A stretch of 64,000 nucleotides of DNA from Candidatus Heimdallarchaeota archaeon (GTDB taxonomy: Archaea; Asgardarchaeota; Heimdallarchaeia; Heimdallarchaeales; Heimdallarchaeaceae): positions 79,925 to 143,924 of the forward strand of contig JAUVXV010000010.1 of NCBI GenBank assembly GCA_030603365.1, in the 5' to 3' direction. The position numbers and the translations under genes were made by a program. Positions within the stretch are counted from its first letter, which is position 1; the number at the start of each line of letters is the position of its first letter. Shown here piece by piece: positions 47,672 to 61,898 of this stretch. The notes under the pieces are model-generated. The model was not told where the DNA came from. It made no database searches and saw nothing but the letters and a program-made list of their open reading frames with translations.

Positions 47672-49300
47672 TTATGCTATTTCAAACATATTTCCTCTGT
47701 TGAACAAAGCGTGAGGATCTAGAACCTTCTTTACTTCTTTCATTTGATTTACGCCTTCTTCCCCATACATAACAATGAGATATTCTGCTTTAATCTTTCC
47801 AATACCATGTTCAGCTGAAACAGAGCCACCAAACTCTACTGCTTTCTTTGCGAATTTCTTATAGAGTTTCTTACCAAGATTCAATTCTTCTATATTTCTT
47901 GGAAGAATATTTACATGGACATGAGAATCACCAATGTGCCCCCACATCACATATTCTAGATTGTGTTCTTTAAGTGTTGAATGGTAAATGTCCATTATTT
48001 CTCTGAAGTGTTCATGTTCAACAGACATATCTGTCCCAAGTTTGTGGATACCTGGATATTCATTCTTTCTTTTTGCAATAATACCATTAACTGTCTCAGG
48101 AACAGCGTGCCTCATAGTTTTGAAATTTTCTCTTTCTACCTCATTAAAAGCTGACCAACAAGAATCAATAGACGAGTTACACTCATTAGCAATATCATCC
48201 AATTTTACTATGATGTCTTCCAGTTTGTCCTCTGTATACGGAATTTCAAAGAAAATAGCTGTTTTTACTTCTGGTGGAATTGTAAGAACATTAGCTAAAG
48301 CTGGATTTGTTTTTGCTTTACCTTTTAATAGTTCAAATGAGTTTTCATCAAAGAATTCTATATATTCCACATCTAGTTCTTTATCAGCTCTTATTTTTTC
48401 TACAAAACTTATAGAGTCTTCTTCAGAGGTGAAGAACATAACGTTTGGTAAGCCATTGGGTTTGGGAATAATCCACAAATCTACTTCTGTGATAAATCCA
48501 AGTAATCCTTCAGAACCAATAAACAAATCTATTAAATCCATATCTGGTTCTGCGTATAACCCTGCAGCATTCTTTGCTTTAGGCATAGTATATGTAGGAA
48601 GTGTAACGTTCAATTCCTTACCTTCTTTCTGTATTTTAAATACACCATTTTCAGCTTTATACTGACCACGGGTTATGTCCAGAACTTCTCCAGTATCAAG
48701 AACAACTTGTAGTTTTCTTACCCAAGGTCTCATCGCACCATATTTGAATGAACGACCCCCTGATGCATTTGCAGCAATAGAACCGCCTACAGCAGCTGTC
48801 ATTTCTGTAGGATCAACTGGAAAGAAATAGCTTTCTGAATCCTGTTTGAATTTTGATACCCAATCTTCATCATCTAGATTATGATCAGAGGTGAATTCCT
48901 TGTCCTTAATAATCTCTTCAAGTTCTTTCAAAGTAATACCTGGTTGCATTCGGATAAAATATTTCTGAGTATCAGAATCGTAACCAAAACCAGTAATCTC
49001 TTTCATTTCATCTGTTGAAACAACGGCACCTCCATAGGGAACTGCACTTCCAACAATTCCTGTTCTACCACCAGAGATAGTAATGGGAGTGTTTTCTTCT
49101 CTCATCTTTTTTATGATTGAAATAACATCTTTTTCATTCTTAGGAAAAAAAAGCCATTCAGCTGATCCACCAGCTATTTTTGATTCATCAACAATGTAAT
49201 CAGGATGTTTAGAAGAAATAACATCCTTACCTTGAATTTTATTAATTTCTTCAAATGGAGATCCTTCCATTTTGAGAGAGCTTATAACGTTTGTTGCCAT
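47672..49300 (-). CDS. FAD-linked oxidase (D-lactate dehydrogenase/GlcD family)
   Basis: GGRTG..G.AVP, GSEGLLG, GHIGDSHVH, SAEHGIG, DP...FNRG. Confidence 0.92.
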   Translation of the reverse strand: MATNVISSLKMEGSPFEEINKIQGKDVISSKHPDYIVDESKIAGGSAEWLFFPKNEKDVISIIKKMREENTPITISGGRTGIVGSAVPYGGAVVSTDEMKEITGFGYDSDTQKYFIRMQPGITLKELEEIIKDKEFTSDHNLDDEDWVSKFKQDSESYFFPVDPTEMTAAVGGSIAANASGGRSFKYGAMRPWVRKLQVVLDTGEVLDITRGQYKAENGVFKIQKEGKELNVTLPTYTMPKAKNAAGLYAEPDMDLIDLFIGSEGLLGFITEVDLWIIPKPNGLPNVMFFTSEEDSISFVEKIRADKELDVEYIEFFDENSFELLKGKAKTNPALANVLTIPPEVKTAIFFEIPYTEDKLEDIIVKLDDIANECNSSIDSCWSAFNEVERENFKTMRHAVPETVNGIIAKRKNEYPGIHKLGTDMSVEHEHFREIMDIYHSTLKEHNLEYVMWGHIGDSHVHVNILPRNIEELNLGKKLYKKFAKKAVEFGGSVSAEHGIGKIKAEYLIVMYGEEGVNQMKEVKKVLDPHALFNRGNMFEIA

Positions 49301-49376
49301 TTATGTCACATTCGCACGCATGTGTTTTTGTTGTTTTGAATAGAAAAAGCATAAAAATCTTCACATTATATTAAAA

Positions 49377-50492
49377 TTGAAAATGACTGTTAGAGAATTA
49401 TCCCGAGAAGAAGCCAATGATTTAGTAATAGGAGCAAAAATTCTAGCCTGTGGAGGTGGAGGTAGTGAATCCAATGCATTGGATAATATAGCAAAAATCT
49501 ATGATGCTGGAGAAAGATTTACCATAGCTGACTTATCAGATTTTAATGAAACAGAACATATTTGCATCATTGGTATGGTAGGAGGGGGGATAACAGAAGA
49601 AGATAGAAAACATGTTGAAGGTAGAGAAACTATTCTTAGAGAACCAATGATTACAGCAGTAAAAGAACTTGAAAAATTCCTAGATGTTGAATTCAGTGGT
49701 TTTGTTGCAACAGAATTAGGTCCAAACAATAGTGTTGTACCTATGATGGTTGCTGCTCAAATGGGAAAAATGGCAATTAATGGAGATTGTTGCGGTAGAA
49801 GCAAACCAAAAATTTCTATAAGTACAACAAGAGTTGCAGGTATCCCAATAGCTCCCTTTTCGATTGTTAGTAAGTATGGTGATATTCAGATAGTCAAAAC
49901 TACTGTTGATGACGTAAGAGGAGAGTTGATTGCAAGGAATGCATCTAGACTTTCTGGTGGATCTGTAAGTGTAGCGAGATGTCCAATGAGCATAGAAAAT
50001 GCTAAGGAAGCAGTAATTCCAAACACATATTCGTTAGCAATCAAATTGGGAAGAAATATTAGAAAAGCAAACAATAGAGGAGATGACATTAAAAAGACTT
50101 TTACAAGTTCAGTACCTGATTCAAAGGTTGCTTTTGAAGGAAAGGTTAGACGATTTTCTAGAACTGAATCCGGAGGGTTTACTTCAGGAGAGATCCATGT
50201 AGAATCAACAAAAGGCCAAGAACTTAAGATTTGGTATCAGAATGAATACCTTCTCTCGTGGTTAGATAATCAACAGTTCGTTAGTTGCCCAGATGGATTT
50301 TATATAGTAGATTCAAAATCAGGTTATGGATTAACACCTTGGGAAGAAGATTTTTCTAAAGGAAAAGGAGTAATAATCTTTACACGGAATGCTCCTGAAA
50401 TTTGGACATCTAAGAAAGGATTAGCTATATTTGGTCCTAATGCATTTGATGAGAAATGGGAAGTTTATAGAGAATCAAGTTCATTACTCTAA
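49377..50492 (+). CDS. DUF917 family protein
   Basis: GAKILACGGGG, ELG..N, DCCGR..P, YQNEYL. Confidence 0.88.
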   Translation: MKMTVRELSREEANDLVIGAKILACGGGGSESNALDNIAKIYDAGERFTIADLSDFNETEHICIIGMVGGGITEEDRKHVEGRETILREPMITAVKELEKFLDVEFSGFVATELGPNNSVVPMMVAAQMGKMAINGDCCGRSKPKISISTTRVAGIPIAPFSIVSKYGDIQIVKTTVDDVRGELIARNASRLSGGSVSVARCPMSIENAKEAVIPNTYSLAIKLGRNIRKANNRGDDIKKTFTSSVPDSKVAFEGKVRRFSRTESGGFTSGEIHVESTKGQELKIWYQNEYLLSWLDNQQFVSCPDGFYIVDSKSGYGLTPWEEDFSKGKGVIIFTRNAPEIWTSKKGLAIFGPNAFDEKWEVYRESSSLL

Positions 50493-51008
50493 AAATGGCC
50501 AAATTTGTTCTAGAGGAATATGTTCAGCTATTTGTTTGGCATAAAATGCTCTCTTAATTGTCAAATTTTCAATCAAGAAATCTGCAGGAAGAAGTTCCTT
50601 TATGCCCTCTTTTCTTCCTGGTTTGAAACCTGCTTTTAATGCTGTTAACATTGTATAAGATACACCCCCACGAATATAACCAAGCTTGGATGATTCAACA
50701 CCATAGAGTTTGTAAACTTGTCTTCCAGGATCTGGTATTATAGGGAAAGGAGAATCTTGTTTTCCAACATATTCTAATATGCTTTCCTTTGGAGATTGGA
50801 AGAAAGCGATAATATGCAACCCCTTTGAGGTTAAAGAATCATAGTTTTGTATAAGCTGTGCAATCCTTAAGTTACAGAGAGGACATGAAGCGTATCTAAA
50901 AAATGAGAGAAGTAGTTTCTTGTCTTTGTAGTCGCTCATTGAGATTTTATTACCAAAAATATCTTCTACAGTAAAATTAACTGCAGTTGATCCTTCTTCA
51001 ATTCGCAT
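50484..51008 (-). CDS. Peroxiredoxin-like (AhpC/TSA) protein
   Basis: FFRYASCPLC, DP...YK.YGV, PADFLI. Confidence 0.88.
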   Translation of the reverse strand: MRIEEGSTAVNFTVEDIFGNKISMSDYKDKKLLLSFFRYASCPLCNLRIAQLIQNYDSLTSKGLHIIAFFQSPKESILEYVGKQDSPFPIIPDPGRQVYKLYGVESSKLGYIRGGVSYTMLTALKAGFKPGRKEGIKELLPADFLIENLTIKRAFYAKQIAEHIPLEQIWPFLE

Positions 51009-51064
51009 AGAACTAATTACTCCACAAGAAGAATCTCATTAAGAGTAATAAAAGATAGTATTGG

Positions 51065-54187
<3,123 letters not shown>

Positions 54188-54231
54188 TTAAAAAGAGATT
54201 ATCATACAAAACTTTTCTGTTACTTGAATCA

Positions 54232-55896
54232 TTATTTTTTCTCAGAGATTGATTTTGCTGCAATATACCCAAAAGTCATTGAAGGACCTATTGTTCCACC
54301 AGGACCGGGATAGCTTCTGCCCATGACTGAAGCTGATGAATTACCTATTGCATATAAACCTCCTATAATTGTGCCATCCTTCTTCAGAACTTGGGCAAAT
54401 TCATTAGTAACTAGACCTCCTTTTGTTCCTAAATCTCCAGGCACCATTTCCACTGCATAGAATGGAGGGCGCTCAATTGGGGCAAGATTGTGGTTTGGTG
54501 TAACTTTAGGGTCTCCGTAATAATTGTCATAAGCATTCTCACCTCTTCCAAAATCAAGATCTTTTCCAGTTCTAGCAAAGTTATTAAATCGTTCAATAGT
54601 TTCTTCTAGATTCTTTTCATCGACTCTTATTTTATATGAGAGTTCTGAAATTGAATCAGCTTTGTTAATGTATTCATATTCATAGAAGGTTCTTGGAAAT
54701 TTCTGACCTGGAAAAGTAGTTCCAAAGATATATTTATCCTTAAACAACTGATCAAAAATGAAATAGCATGGAACATGTTGGTCGTCATTCTTGTGTTTTT
54801 CAAACATTTCATGAACTACAACCACATAACTTGCGGATTCGTTTGTAAAACGTCTTCCAGATTTATTAACCATTATAGATCCAGGATAACCTCTCTCACC
54901 AACATGGAAGAAAGGTGTGCCATCGGGTTGGATAGAAGAAGGCCCCCACCAAGCATCGTCCATAAGATTAGTGTCAGCTCCAACTTTAATGCCAGCTAAG
55001 ATAGCATCACCAGTATTGTCTCTATGAGCAACAGTCCAATTTATTGTCACAGGAAAAGGGTGATACTTCTTTCTCATTTCAAGATTATGAGCAAATCCTC
55101 CAGCTGCTAGAATTACTCCTTTTTCAGCTTTAATCCTAACCTCTGAACCGTCCTTTTTTAAGATAACACCCCTTATATGTCCTTTATCAACAATTAAATC
55201 AAGTAAGGGAGAATTTAACCAAACAGGGATGTCAAAATCTTTCAAACTCTTACGCAGCCTACCAATTAATCCTTGACCCATAGTCAAAGGTTTTCTTCTG
55301 ATCAGAAGATTCAGAAGAGTTTTCAAACCAACTTTCATAGCTGTGACCTTCCCTCTCCATGTTGAAGTGAGCATCCCTAAATCGTGATATTCAGAAATGG
55401 TAAAAGCTATGTTTAAAGGAATCTCATATGGGGAAGGATTAAGTTGTTTCAAATCTTTCTTTAACTTTCGTCCATTAAATGGTTTAACTTCTAAGGACCT
55501 ACCTTCAGCTAATCCTCCAGGATTATCGGGATGATAGTCGGAATACCATGAGACACTAAGAAATTTTAATCCAGCATTATCTCTTAACCAAACAATCATT
55601 TCCGGAGAATATTTGACATAAGCATCTTTTCTCTGAGATGAAATTTCATCTCCAACTATGCTATCAAGATAAGTGCGAGCTTTTTCAAAGGAATCCTCAA
55701 TACCAGCTTCAACGAGTAGGTGATGATTAGGAACCCATATTCCACCACCAGAAAGAGCTGTTGAACCACCATAATATGCAGACTTCTCAAGAATAAGAAC
55801 ATCTAATCCTGCATGTTTAGCAACAAGTGCTGCAGTCATACCTCCTCCACCAGAACCAACTATGACAACATCTACTTGTTCATCCAATTCATCCAT
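54232..55896 (-). CDS. kstD: 3-ketosteroid delta1-dehydrogenase-like flavoprotein
   Basis: GGSTALSGGG.W.P, Y.DY.P, DDAWW.P, RF.NES.SY, GDLGTKGG, YPGPGGTIG. Confidence 0.85.
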   Translation of the reverse strand: MDELDEQVDVVIVGSGGGGMTAALVAKHAGLDVLILEKSAYYGGSTALSGGGIWVPNHHLLVEAGIEDSFEKARTYLDSIVGDEISSQRKDAYVKYSPEMIVWLRDNAGLKFLSVSWYSDYHPDNPGGLAEGRSLEVKPFNGRKLKKDLKQLNPSPYEIPLNIAFTISEYHDLGMLTSTWRGKVTAMKVGLKTLLNLLIRRKPLTMGQGLIGRLRKSLKDFDIPVWLNSPLLDLIVDKGHIRGVILKKDGSEVRIKAEKGVILAAGGFAHNLEMRKKYHPFPVTINWTVAHRDNTGDAILAGIKVGADTNLMDDAWWGPSSIQPDGTPFFHVGERGYPGSIMVNKSGRRFTNESASYVVVVHEMFEKHKNDDQHVPCYFIFDQLFKDKYIFGTTFPGQKFPRTFYEYEYINKADSISELSYKIRVDEKNLEETIERFNNFARTGKDLDFGRGENAYDNYYGDPKVTPNHNLAPIERPPFYAVEMVPGDLGTKGGLVTNEFAQVLKKDGTIIGGLYAIGNSSASVMGRSYPGPGGTIGPSMTFGYIAAKSISEKK

Positions 55897-56041
55897 ACAC
55901 TAAATGCTTGAATTAGTTTTTTAATTATAGGTTGAAATCCAGTGAGATATTTCCATTTTTATTGAAAAACTATTTATGAGTTTAAATAATAGGCACTTAA
56001 TTTATATAGTAGAATTTACAGAAAGGTAAAACGGTGACAAT

Positions 56042-56569
56042 ATGTCAGTTAACAAAGATGGTTTTATAGCCAATATATTCGACGCATACAAACAAACAAT
56101 CATCATGATTGTTATTCTCATTGCATATCTTATAATTCCAGCTGGAGTAGCTTTTCTAGGTTTTTGGCTAGCACACGGTTTTGATGTGACTGCTTTCAAC
56201 TTACAGCTTCAAGCAATCCTTGCTGATCCAATTAATGCAATTTCTACCCTTCACTGGGGATACTACATTATAGCAGTAGCAGTTTTAATGGCTTTGGTTA
56301 GCTTTGCAGCTGCATTTCTATTTACAGCCTCAAGGAATGATAGAATTGGTAAGCCAGTAGGATTCATTAAAGCATTTATAGGTGCTTGGGGAATACTATT
56401 TTCTTTCGTAATTGTAACTGCAATCTTTGCAGGAGCCTATTATGGATTTACCTATCTAAACATACCATTACTAGATACAATTCTGTTTTGGGTAGCTGTA
56501 GGTATTGGTGGATTATCGATATTCGCTATGGTCTTCAGAGTTATTGATTATTTACTTGAATTGGAGTAA
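56042..56569 (+). CDS. Hypothetical four-TM membrane protein
   Basis: Hydrophobic 175 aa ORF. Confidence 0.7.
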   Translation: MSVNKDGFIANIFDAYKQTIIMIVILIAYLIIPAGVAFLGFWLAHGFDVTAFNLQLQAILADPINAISTLHWGYYIIAVAVLMALVSFAAAFLFTASRNDRIGKPVGFIKAFIGAWGILFSFVIVTAIFAGAYYGFTYLNIPLLDTILFWVAVGIGGLSIFAMVFRVIDYLLELE

Positions 56570-56627
56570 GATAAATCAAATACTCTCTTTCTTTTTTCTT
56601 TAAAAACAGTTAATTTTTTGATGATAA

Positions 56628-57149
56628 TCAAACGAATTTTACTTTTTCTATAGGTTTATCACAAGTTGGGCATTTTTCGTTTTCTGAAATCCATTTTGCT
56701 AGGTGTTCCCTATGAAATAGATGACCACAGGGTTCAATTTCAGAGTGTTTTTCTTCTAAATCAAGAGTTTTATTACAAATCGAACAAATAGGATTATCTT
56801 CTTCTGGTATGGATTCTCCTTCAGAATACTCAAGTTTAGCAGGTGGATTTTTCTTATCTTGTTTTCTATAAATATACCCTAAGACAGAAGTGATGTAACC
56901 AGGTACAGGACCAAGCGATAAAGCAACAGCAAAAGGAATGTATAACGCAGGATCAACAGATGGAGCGAAAGACATACCAACCATAGATGCAACAAAGATA
57001 AAAGCAAAAACAGAGGATAATAATAACAAAATCCCTGCTGAGTTAATTGCATAACATCTATAGGAACAAAAAGCACTGTTCTTAAAGGTCCAATAAACAC
57101 TTATGCGATTAATCCCACATTGGGTGCATCTTTTGTTCATCAAATCCAC
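56628..57149 (-). CDS. Membrane-anchored RING finger protein (putative E3 ligase)
   Basis: N-terminal CTQC...FCSYRC, two TMs, CSIC...CGHLFHREH..W.....CPTC. Confidence 0.88.
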   Translation of the reverse strand: MDLMNKRCTQCGINRISVYWTFKNSAFCSYRCYAINSAGILLLLSSVFAFIFVASMVGMSFAPSVDPALYIPFAVALSLGPVPGYITSVLGYIYRKQDKKNPPAKLEYSEGESIPEEDNPICSICNKTLDLEEKHSEIEPCGHLFHREHLAKWISENEKCPTCDKPIEKVKFV

Positions 57150-57217
57150 ATGGATATGAATATCATGTGTATATAAGTTTTTTATTACTATTATAGAAAA
57201 GAAAAGAAAAAAAGAAA

Positions 57218-57916
57218 CTAAAACTGTTTCTTTTTAAAAATAAATATCCCCAAAGCTAAAATGACAACTGTTGCGGCAAAACCAACACCTAATGAGAAGT
57301 ATAAGGGGTCGATATTCTCTAGAAAGTAACCTGGCATAATAGCAATCACTGACATTTGTTGACCTAGATAGATTGATAGAATTACTGACATTGCTACAGA
57401 CTTTACTAGCATACCAATCACCAAACCAGATGCACAAGCTATAGACATTGCTGATAAGGAAATCAAAAGATTTTCAAAGGAGAATTTCAGAATATATTTA
57501 AAGAATTCAGAGGGAACTGTACTTTGAATTAAGTCAACGATAATACCTGCAGTAAAACTCAGTAGAGACGCTATTGTGAGAGAGAACATAAATGCAATAT
57601 ATTTGGAAATGACAATGTGCCATCTTTTTACTGGGCGAATCAAAAATAGAGCATAAACATTTTTGGTTATTTCATTTGTCATAGTACTACTCAGTATTAC
57701 AGCTGCAAGTAAACCCCCGATACTAGCTATAACAATCCCTGAAAACAATGTTATTGGAAAGTCTCCTTGACTAGGATCTGAGATATGCATTATTATGATA
57801 ATTAAAGGCATACCAACCCATAAAGCTATAATTGTTTTTGATTTTGCAAACCCCTTAAATTCATCCCAAAGTAATAGTAAAAGGCTTTTCATACTATTTT
57901 TCATGTTACCACTCAT
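57218..57916 (-). CDS. ABC-2 type permease
   Basis: Six TMs, E......LF.RPV.R..I..SK. Confidence 0.88.
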   Translation of the reverse strand: MSGNMKNSMKSLLLLLWDEFKGFAKSKTIIALWVGMPLIIIIMHISDPSQGDFPITLFSGIVIASIGGLLAAVILSSTMTNEITKNVYALFLIRPVKRWHIVISKYIAFMFSLTIASLLSFTAGIIVDLIQSTVPSEFFKYILKFSFENLLISLSAMSIACASGLVIGMLVKSVAMSVILSIYLGQQMSVIAIMPGYFLENIDPLYFSLGVGFAATVVILALGIFIFKKKQF

Positions 57917-58878
57917 TCTAAACCACCCTCCACCACATACTTTAGATAAACCTTCTCTAAAGACGGTTTGAGATAATTGAAATTATATACTACTATCTGT
58001 TCATTGACAAAAAAGTCCATTAATTGATTTAGTCCTTTTTCTAAGTTTACATCCGAGATGAACATTATTGTAACTTGAGTTGAATCATCTTCGTTCAAAT
58101 CAACGTTTTCAACCAGAGATAAAGATTTTATTTGCTTGATTTTTTTACTAATATTTGGACTAGTTACTTCTACACCATCTCCTCCCATGAGCTCTTTTTG
58201 CAATTCTAGAGGTTTTCCAACTTTTGCAAGTTTTCCTTGATGTATTATTCCAATTGTGGTAGCTATATCTTCAACATCATCAAGTATATGTGATGAGAAT
58301 AGAATGGTTACATTGGTATCCGAAAGCTTCTTGATAGTATTCTTCAGTTGCCACCTACTTGTAGGATCTAAACCACTCAATGGTTCATCTAGAATTAAGA
58401 TAGGAGGATTATGAAGTAAAGCTTGGGCTAGCTTGAGTTTTTGTTTCATTCCTCCAGAAAGATGTTTGATTTTTCGTTTACGTGCATCTTGTAAATCTAC
58501 AACCCCCAATACCTCTGGTATTCGTTCGATTAAATCAGTTTTAGTCATTCCAGATAATCGTCCAAAAGTATTTAGAGCGTGATCAACAGTTCTCCATTCT
58601 TGAAAACCTACATCTTGAGGTAGATAACCAATTAATCTGTTGACATTTGGATTTTCTGAAGGAAGTTGACCATTGATTTTCACTTCACCTGTATGATTTT
58701 GAATAAGGCCAACAAGAATTTTAAGAGATGTTGTTTTACCGGCACCATTAGGTCCTATATATCCGAATATTTCTCCTTTGTCAATCTCAAATGATGCATT
58801 CTTTAATGCTTCAATAGCTCCATAATTCTTTGATACATTACAGAACTCTATAACGGGAATAGTTGCTCCTTTCGACAT
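57913..58878 (-). CDS. ABC-2 type ATPase
   Basis: GPNGAGKT, LSGGMKQ, LDEP.SGLDP, SSH, SLEKVY. Confidence 0.95.
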   Translation of the reverse strand: MSKGATIPVIEFCNVSKNYGAIEALKNASFEIDKGEIFGYIGPNGAGKTTSLKILVGLIQNHTGEVKINGQLPSENPNVNRLIGYLPQDVGFQEWRTVDHALNTFGRLSGMTKTDLIERIPEVLGVVDLQDARKRKIKHLSGGMKQKLKLAQALLHNPPILILDEPLSGLDPTSRWQLKNTIKKLSDTNVTILFSSHILDDVEDIATTIGIIHQGKLAKVGKPLELQKELMGGDGVEVTSPNISKKIKQIKSLSLVENVDLNEDDSTQVTIMFISDVNLEKGLNQLMDFFVNEQIVVYNFNYLKPSLEKVYLKYVVEGGLE

Positions 58879-58937
58879 AAGATTCCAACCTTAGATTACA
58901 TTAATAATGTTATATAAAAATAATTGTAAATAGAAGA

Positions 58938-61058
58938 TTGGCAGTATTTCTGCAGAAGATTTATTATTTCTTAAAAAAAGATAACCATGTGATTTCTAAG
59001 GAAGAAGTAGAACACAAAGTAGATTCTTTACTAGAAGAACTAACTTTGGAAGAGAAATTCAAACTTATGGTTGGTTATTTTAGATTTCAAACTAACACAA
59101 TTAAGAGATTAGGAATTAAAACCTTTAAGGTGACTGATGGACCATTGGGTATCTCTCAACATTCCAGTTTTCTTAGAAAAAATACAAGGTTTCCTGGTGG
59201 AATAAATCTTGCAGCTTCTTGGAACCGAGAATTAGCTTATGAGTGTGGGGAAGCAATTGCAAAAGAAGCTAGAGCTATAAACCGTTTATGTGTCCTTGGT
59301 CCAGGGATAAATATAGGTAGAACTCCTTTCAATGGTCGAACTTTTGAGTATTATAGTGAGGACCCTTACTTAACTAAAGAGATTGCCATCCCATTTGTTA
59401 AAGGGTTACAAGATCAAAGAATTGCGGCTTGTCCTAAACATTATGTAGCAAATAATCAGGAAACAAATAGACATACAATTAGTTCAGAAATTGATGAACG
59501 AACACTTCATGAAATCTACTTAAGAGCTTTTAAGGAAATCGTAGAAGAAGCTGACCCTTGGACAATTATGACTGCATATAATCAAGTTAATTCAGAATAT
59601 GTTCATGGAAGTGCAAAACTTCTGAAATCTACTCTTTTTGAAAAATGGGGTTTTTCAGGTTTTGTTATGACAGATTGGTGGGCTACAAAACCAAGAGACT
59701 TAGAAAAAGGTGAACCACCTCAACCTTCTACAGAAGAAGCAATTAAGGCAGGTCTAACTCTTGAAATGCCAGTTCCTTTTCTTTATGGGGCTGAAACTTT
59801 AATAGAAAAATTTAGTGATGGAAAGTTTTCGGTAAAAGACATTGACAGTTTAATTAGACGCTTATTGAGAGTCTATGTACGAGTTGGTATGTTCGAAGAT
59901 AAAAAAGACCTTCCTAAAGGAGAAAGAAATACCAAGAAACACCAAGATTTAGCTAGAAAGATGTCTGAAGAAGGAATTGTCTTACTCAAAAACGAAAAAG
60001 AATTGCTTCCTATTGACATAACAAAAATAAATAAAATCGCAGTACTAGGTCCAAATCTAAATGCGAAATTCTATAAATTCTTGAAGGGTGGGGCGGCAGC
60101 TGTAACTCCTCCCTATGAAATCACTCCTCTTCAAGGATTGAAAGAAAAATGTAAAGGTAAAGTTGAGCTTATTACAAATCCATCTGAGTCAGACATAGTT
60201 CTCCTCTTTATGGGGTTGAATCATGATTCTCCAATTAAACTGTTGAATGATAAATTCACAGAACACAAAGAAGAGCACGGAAATGAGTCAGAGAAAATGG
60301 ATAGAATACAAATGGGTTTATCCCAATCCCAAGTTCAACTAATCAATGATACAGTTAAAATCAATCCTAAAACAGTTGTAATACTAATCAACGCCAATCC
60401 TATTGATATGGAGGAATGGTTAGAAAATATTCCAGCTCTTCTAGAAGCTTGGTATCCAGGAATGGAGGGTGGTAGAGCCATAGCAAACGTGCTTTTTGGA
60501 GATGTTAATCCTTCAGGAAAGCTTCCATGGACTTTCCCTAAGAAAATTAGTGACTCACCTGCACACAAATCTACAAAGACTTTTCCTGGTGAGAATCTTA
60601 AGGTCCATTATGAAGAAGGAATTTATGTTGGCTACAGATATTTTGAGAAGGAAAATATCGAACCTTTGTTCCCTTTTGGTTTTGGTTTATCCTACACTAC
60701 CTTTGATTTAAAAGAAGTTAGCTCTGATAAAAACACTCTGAAATCATTAGATGATTTTCTGGAATTAACTGTTAAAGTCTCCAATGCTGGGAAAAGATCT
60801 GGAAGCGAAGTGATTCAAGTTTATGTAGAACATGTAAAGCCATCAGTTGATAGACCAATAAAGGAGTTGATAGGGTTCCAAAAAGTTGCTCTAGAAATTG
60901 GAGATACTAAAAAAGTTCAAATTCATGTTAAAGCACAAGATTTAGCTTTCTATGATGTTAAATCTAAGAATTGGAAAGTTGATAAAGGTAAAATCATACT
61001 TCATATTGGTAATTCTTCAAAAGATGTTCATCTCAAAATGGAAATATCCTTCAAATAG
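58938..61058 (+). CDS. Beta-glucosidase, GH3
   Basis: DGPLG, GRTFEY.SEDP, KHY, MTDW, WYPG.EGG, FPFGFGLSY, FnIII; start possibly 58989. Confidence 0.95.
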   Translation: MAVFLQKIYYFLKKDNHVISKEEVEHKVDSLLEELTLEEKFKLMVGYFRFQTNTIKRLGIKTFKVTDGPLGISQHSSFLRKNTRFPGGINLAASWNRELAYECGEAIAKEARAINRLCVLGPGINIGRTPFNGRTFEYYSEDPYLTKEIAIPFVKGLQDQRIAACPKHYVANNQETNRHTISSEIDERTLHEIYLRAFKEIVEEADPWTIMTAYNQVNSEYVHGSAKLLKSTLFEKWGFSGFVMTDWWATKPRDLEKGEPPQPSTEEAIKAGLTLEMPVPFLYGAETLIEKFSDGKFSVKDIDSLIRRLLRVYVRVGMFEDKKDLPKGERNTKKHQDLARKMSEEGIVLLKNEKELLPIDITKINKIAVLGPNLNAKFYKFLKGGAAAVTPPYEITPLQGLKEKCKGKVELITNPSESDIVLLFMGLNHDSPIKLLNDKFTEHKEEHGNESEKMDRIQMGLSQSQVQLINDTVKINPKTVVILINANPIDMEEWLENIPALLEAWYPGMEGGRAIANVLFGDVNPSGKLPWTFPKKISDSPAHKSTKTFPGENLKVHYEEGIYVGYRYFEKENIEPLFPFGFGLSYTTFDLKEVSSDKNTLKSLDDFLELTVKVSNAGKRSGSEVIQVYVEHVKPSVDRPIKELIGFQKVALEIGDTKKVQIHVKAQDLAFYDVKSKNWKVDKGKIILHIGNSSKDVHLKMEISFK

Positions 61059-61150
61059 TAATATTTTCAGGTTTAAAAAATAGAAAATCTAGCTTCTTAA
61101 AATTGGAAGAAGGATAGGCTTTTTAAAAAACCACGGAGATTTCATTTATA

Positions 61151-61882
61151 ATGAAATCTTTTCAGGTTGTAGACTCTCTGTTCTTCGATTTGGATGGTAC
61201 TTTAACCGATCTTGGTACAAGATGGTGGATGCCTTTCTTCAGAGCAGTGGATAAGTTGAAACCTGATCACGATAGAGAACAAAGACAAATTGCTTTTGAA
61301 AAGGTATTAGATAGAGTTATGGGTACTGAAATGAGTAGTTCAAAACTACTCATATTAAACATCTTTTTCAAAGCCATCAAAGATTCTGAGATGTCTTTTT
61401 TTGATGCAATTAGAGCAATAAGATTGGTTAGAAAAGATCCCCTTGCTTTTAAAGAACTTGTACCTTTAGATGGAGTAAAAGAAGTCTTGGAAACTTTGCA
61501 TTCTCGAGGTTATAAGTTAGCTCTGGTAACTAGTGCTGGTGATAAGACTGTAAACCGAGCTAAAGCCAAGCTAGATATTCTAAACGAATTTGATGTCATA
61601 GTAACTAGAAATACAGTCAAAAGAATAAAACCTTACCCAGAACCAATACTATATGCTTGTGAGAAATTAAACAAACATCCTAATACTTGCGTTATGATAG
61701 GTGATTTCCCTCAAGATATACAAGCAGGTAAACAAGCTGGAACCAAAACTGTAGCCATTTTAGGAGTCAATGGGAAATATACAAAAGAGAGACTAAGAAA
61801 GTTAGAACCAGATGTAACACTGAATTCAATAGGAGAGCTATTACCCATATTTCTAGGTCCTCCCGAATTTTCTAAAATTTAG
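61151..61882 (+). CDS. HAD-superfamily phosphatase
   Basis: FDLDGTL, VTS, KP.PEP, IGD...DI.AG. Confidence 0.92.
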   Translation: MKSFQVVDSLFFDLDGTLTDLGTRWWMPFFRAVDKLKPDHDREQRQIAFEKVLDRVMGTEMSSSKLLILNIFFKAIKDSEMSFFDAIRAIRLVRKDPLAFKELVPLDGVKEVLETLHSRGYKLALVTSAGDKTVNRAKAKLDILNEFDVIVTRNTVKRIKPYPEPILYACEKLNKHPNTCVMIGDFPQDIQAGKQAGTKTVAILGVNGKYTKERLRKLEPDVTLNSIGELLPIFLGPPEFSKI

Positions 61883-61898
61883 GTATTTATTATCTGAA

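Noticed and set aside
47988-48665. 225-aa antisense ORF and other shadow ORFs (e.g. 8676-9092, 18356-18853, 22242-22598)
   Set aside because: Lie opposite well-supported genes and have atypical Ser/Ile/Phe-rich composition
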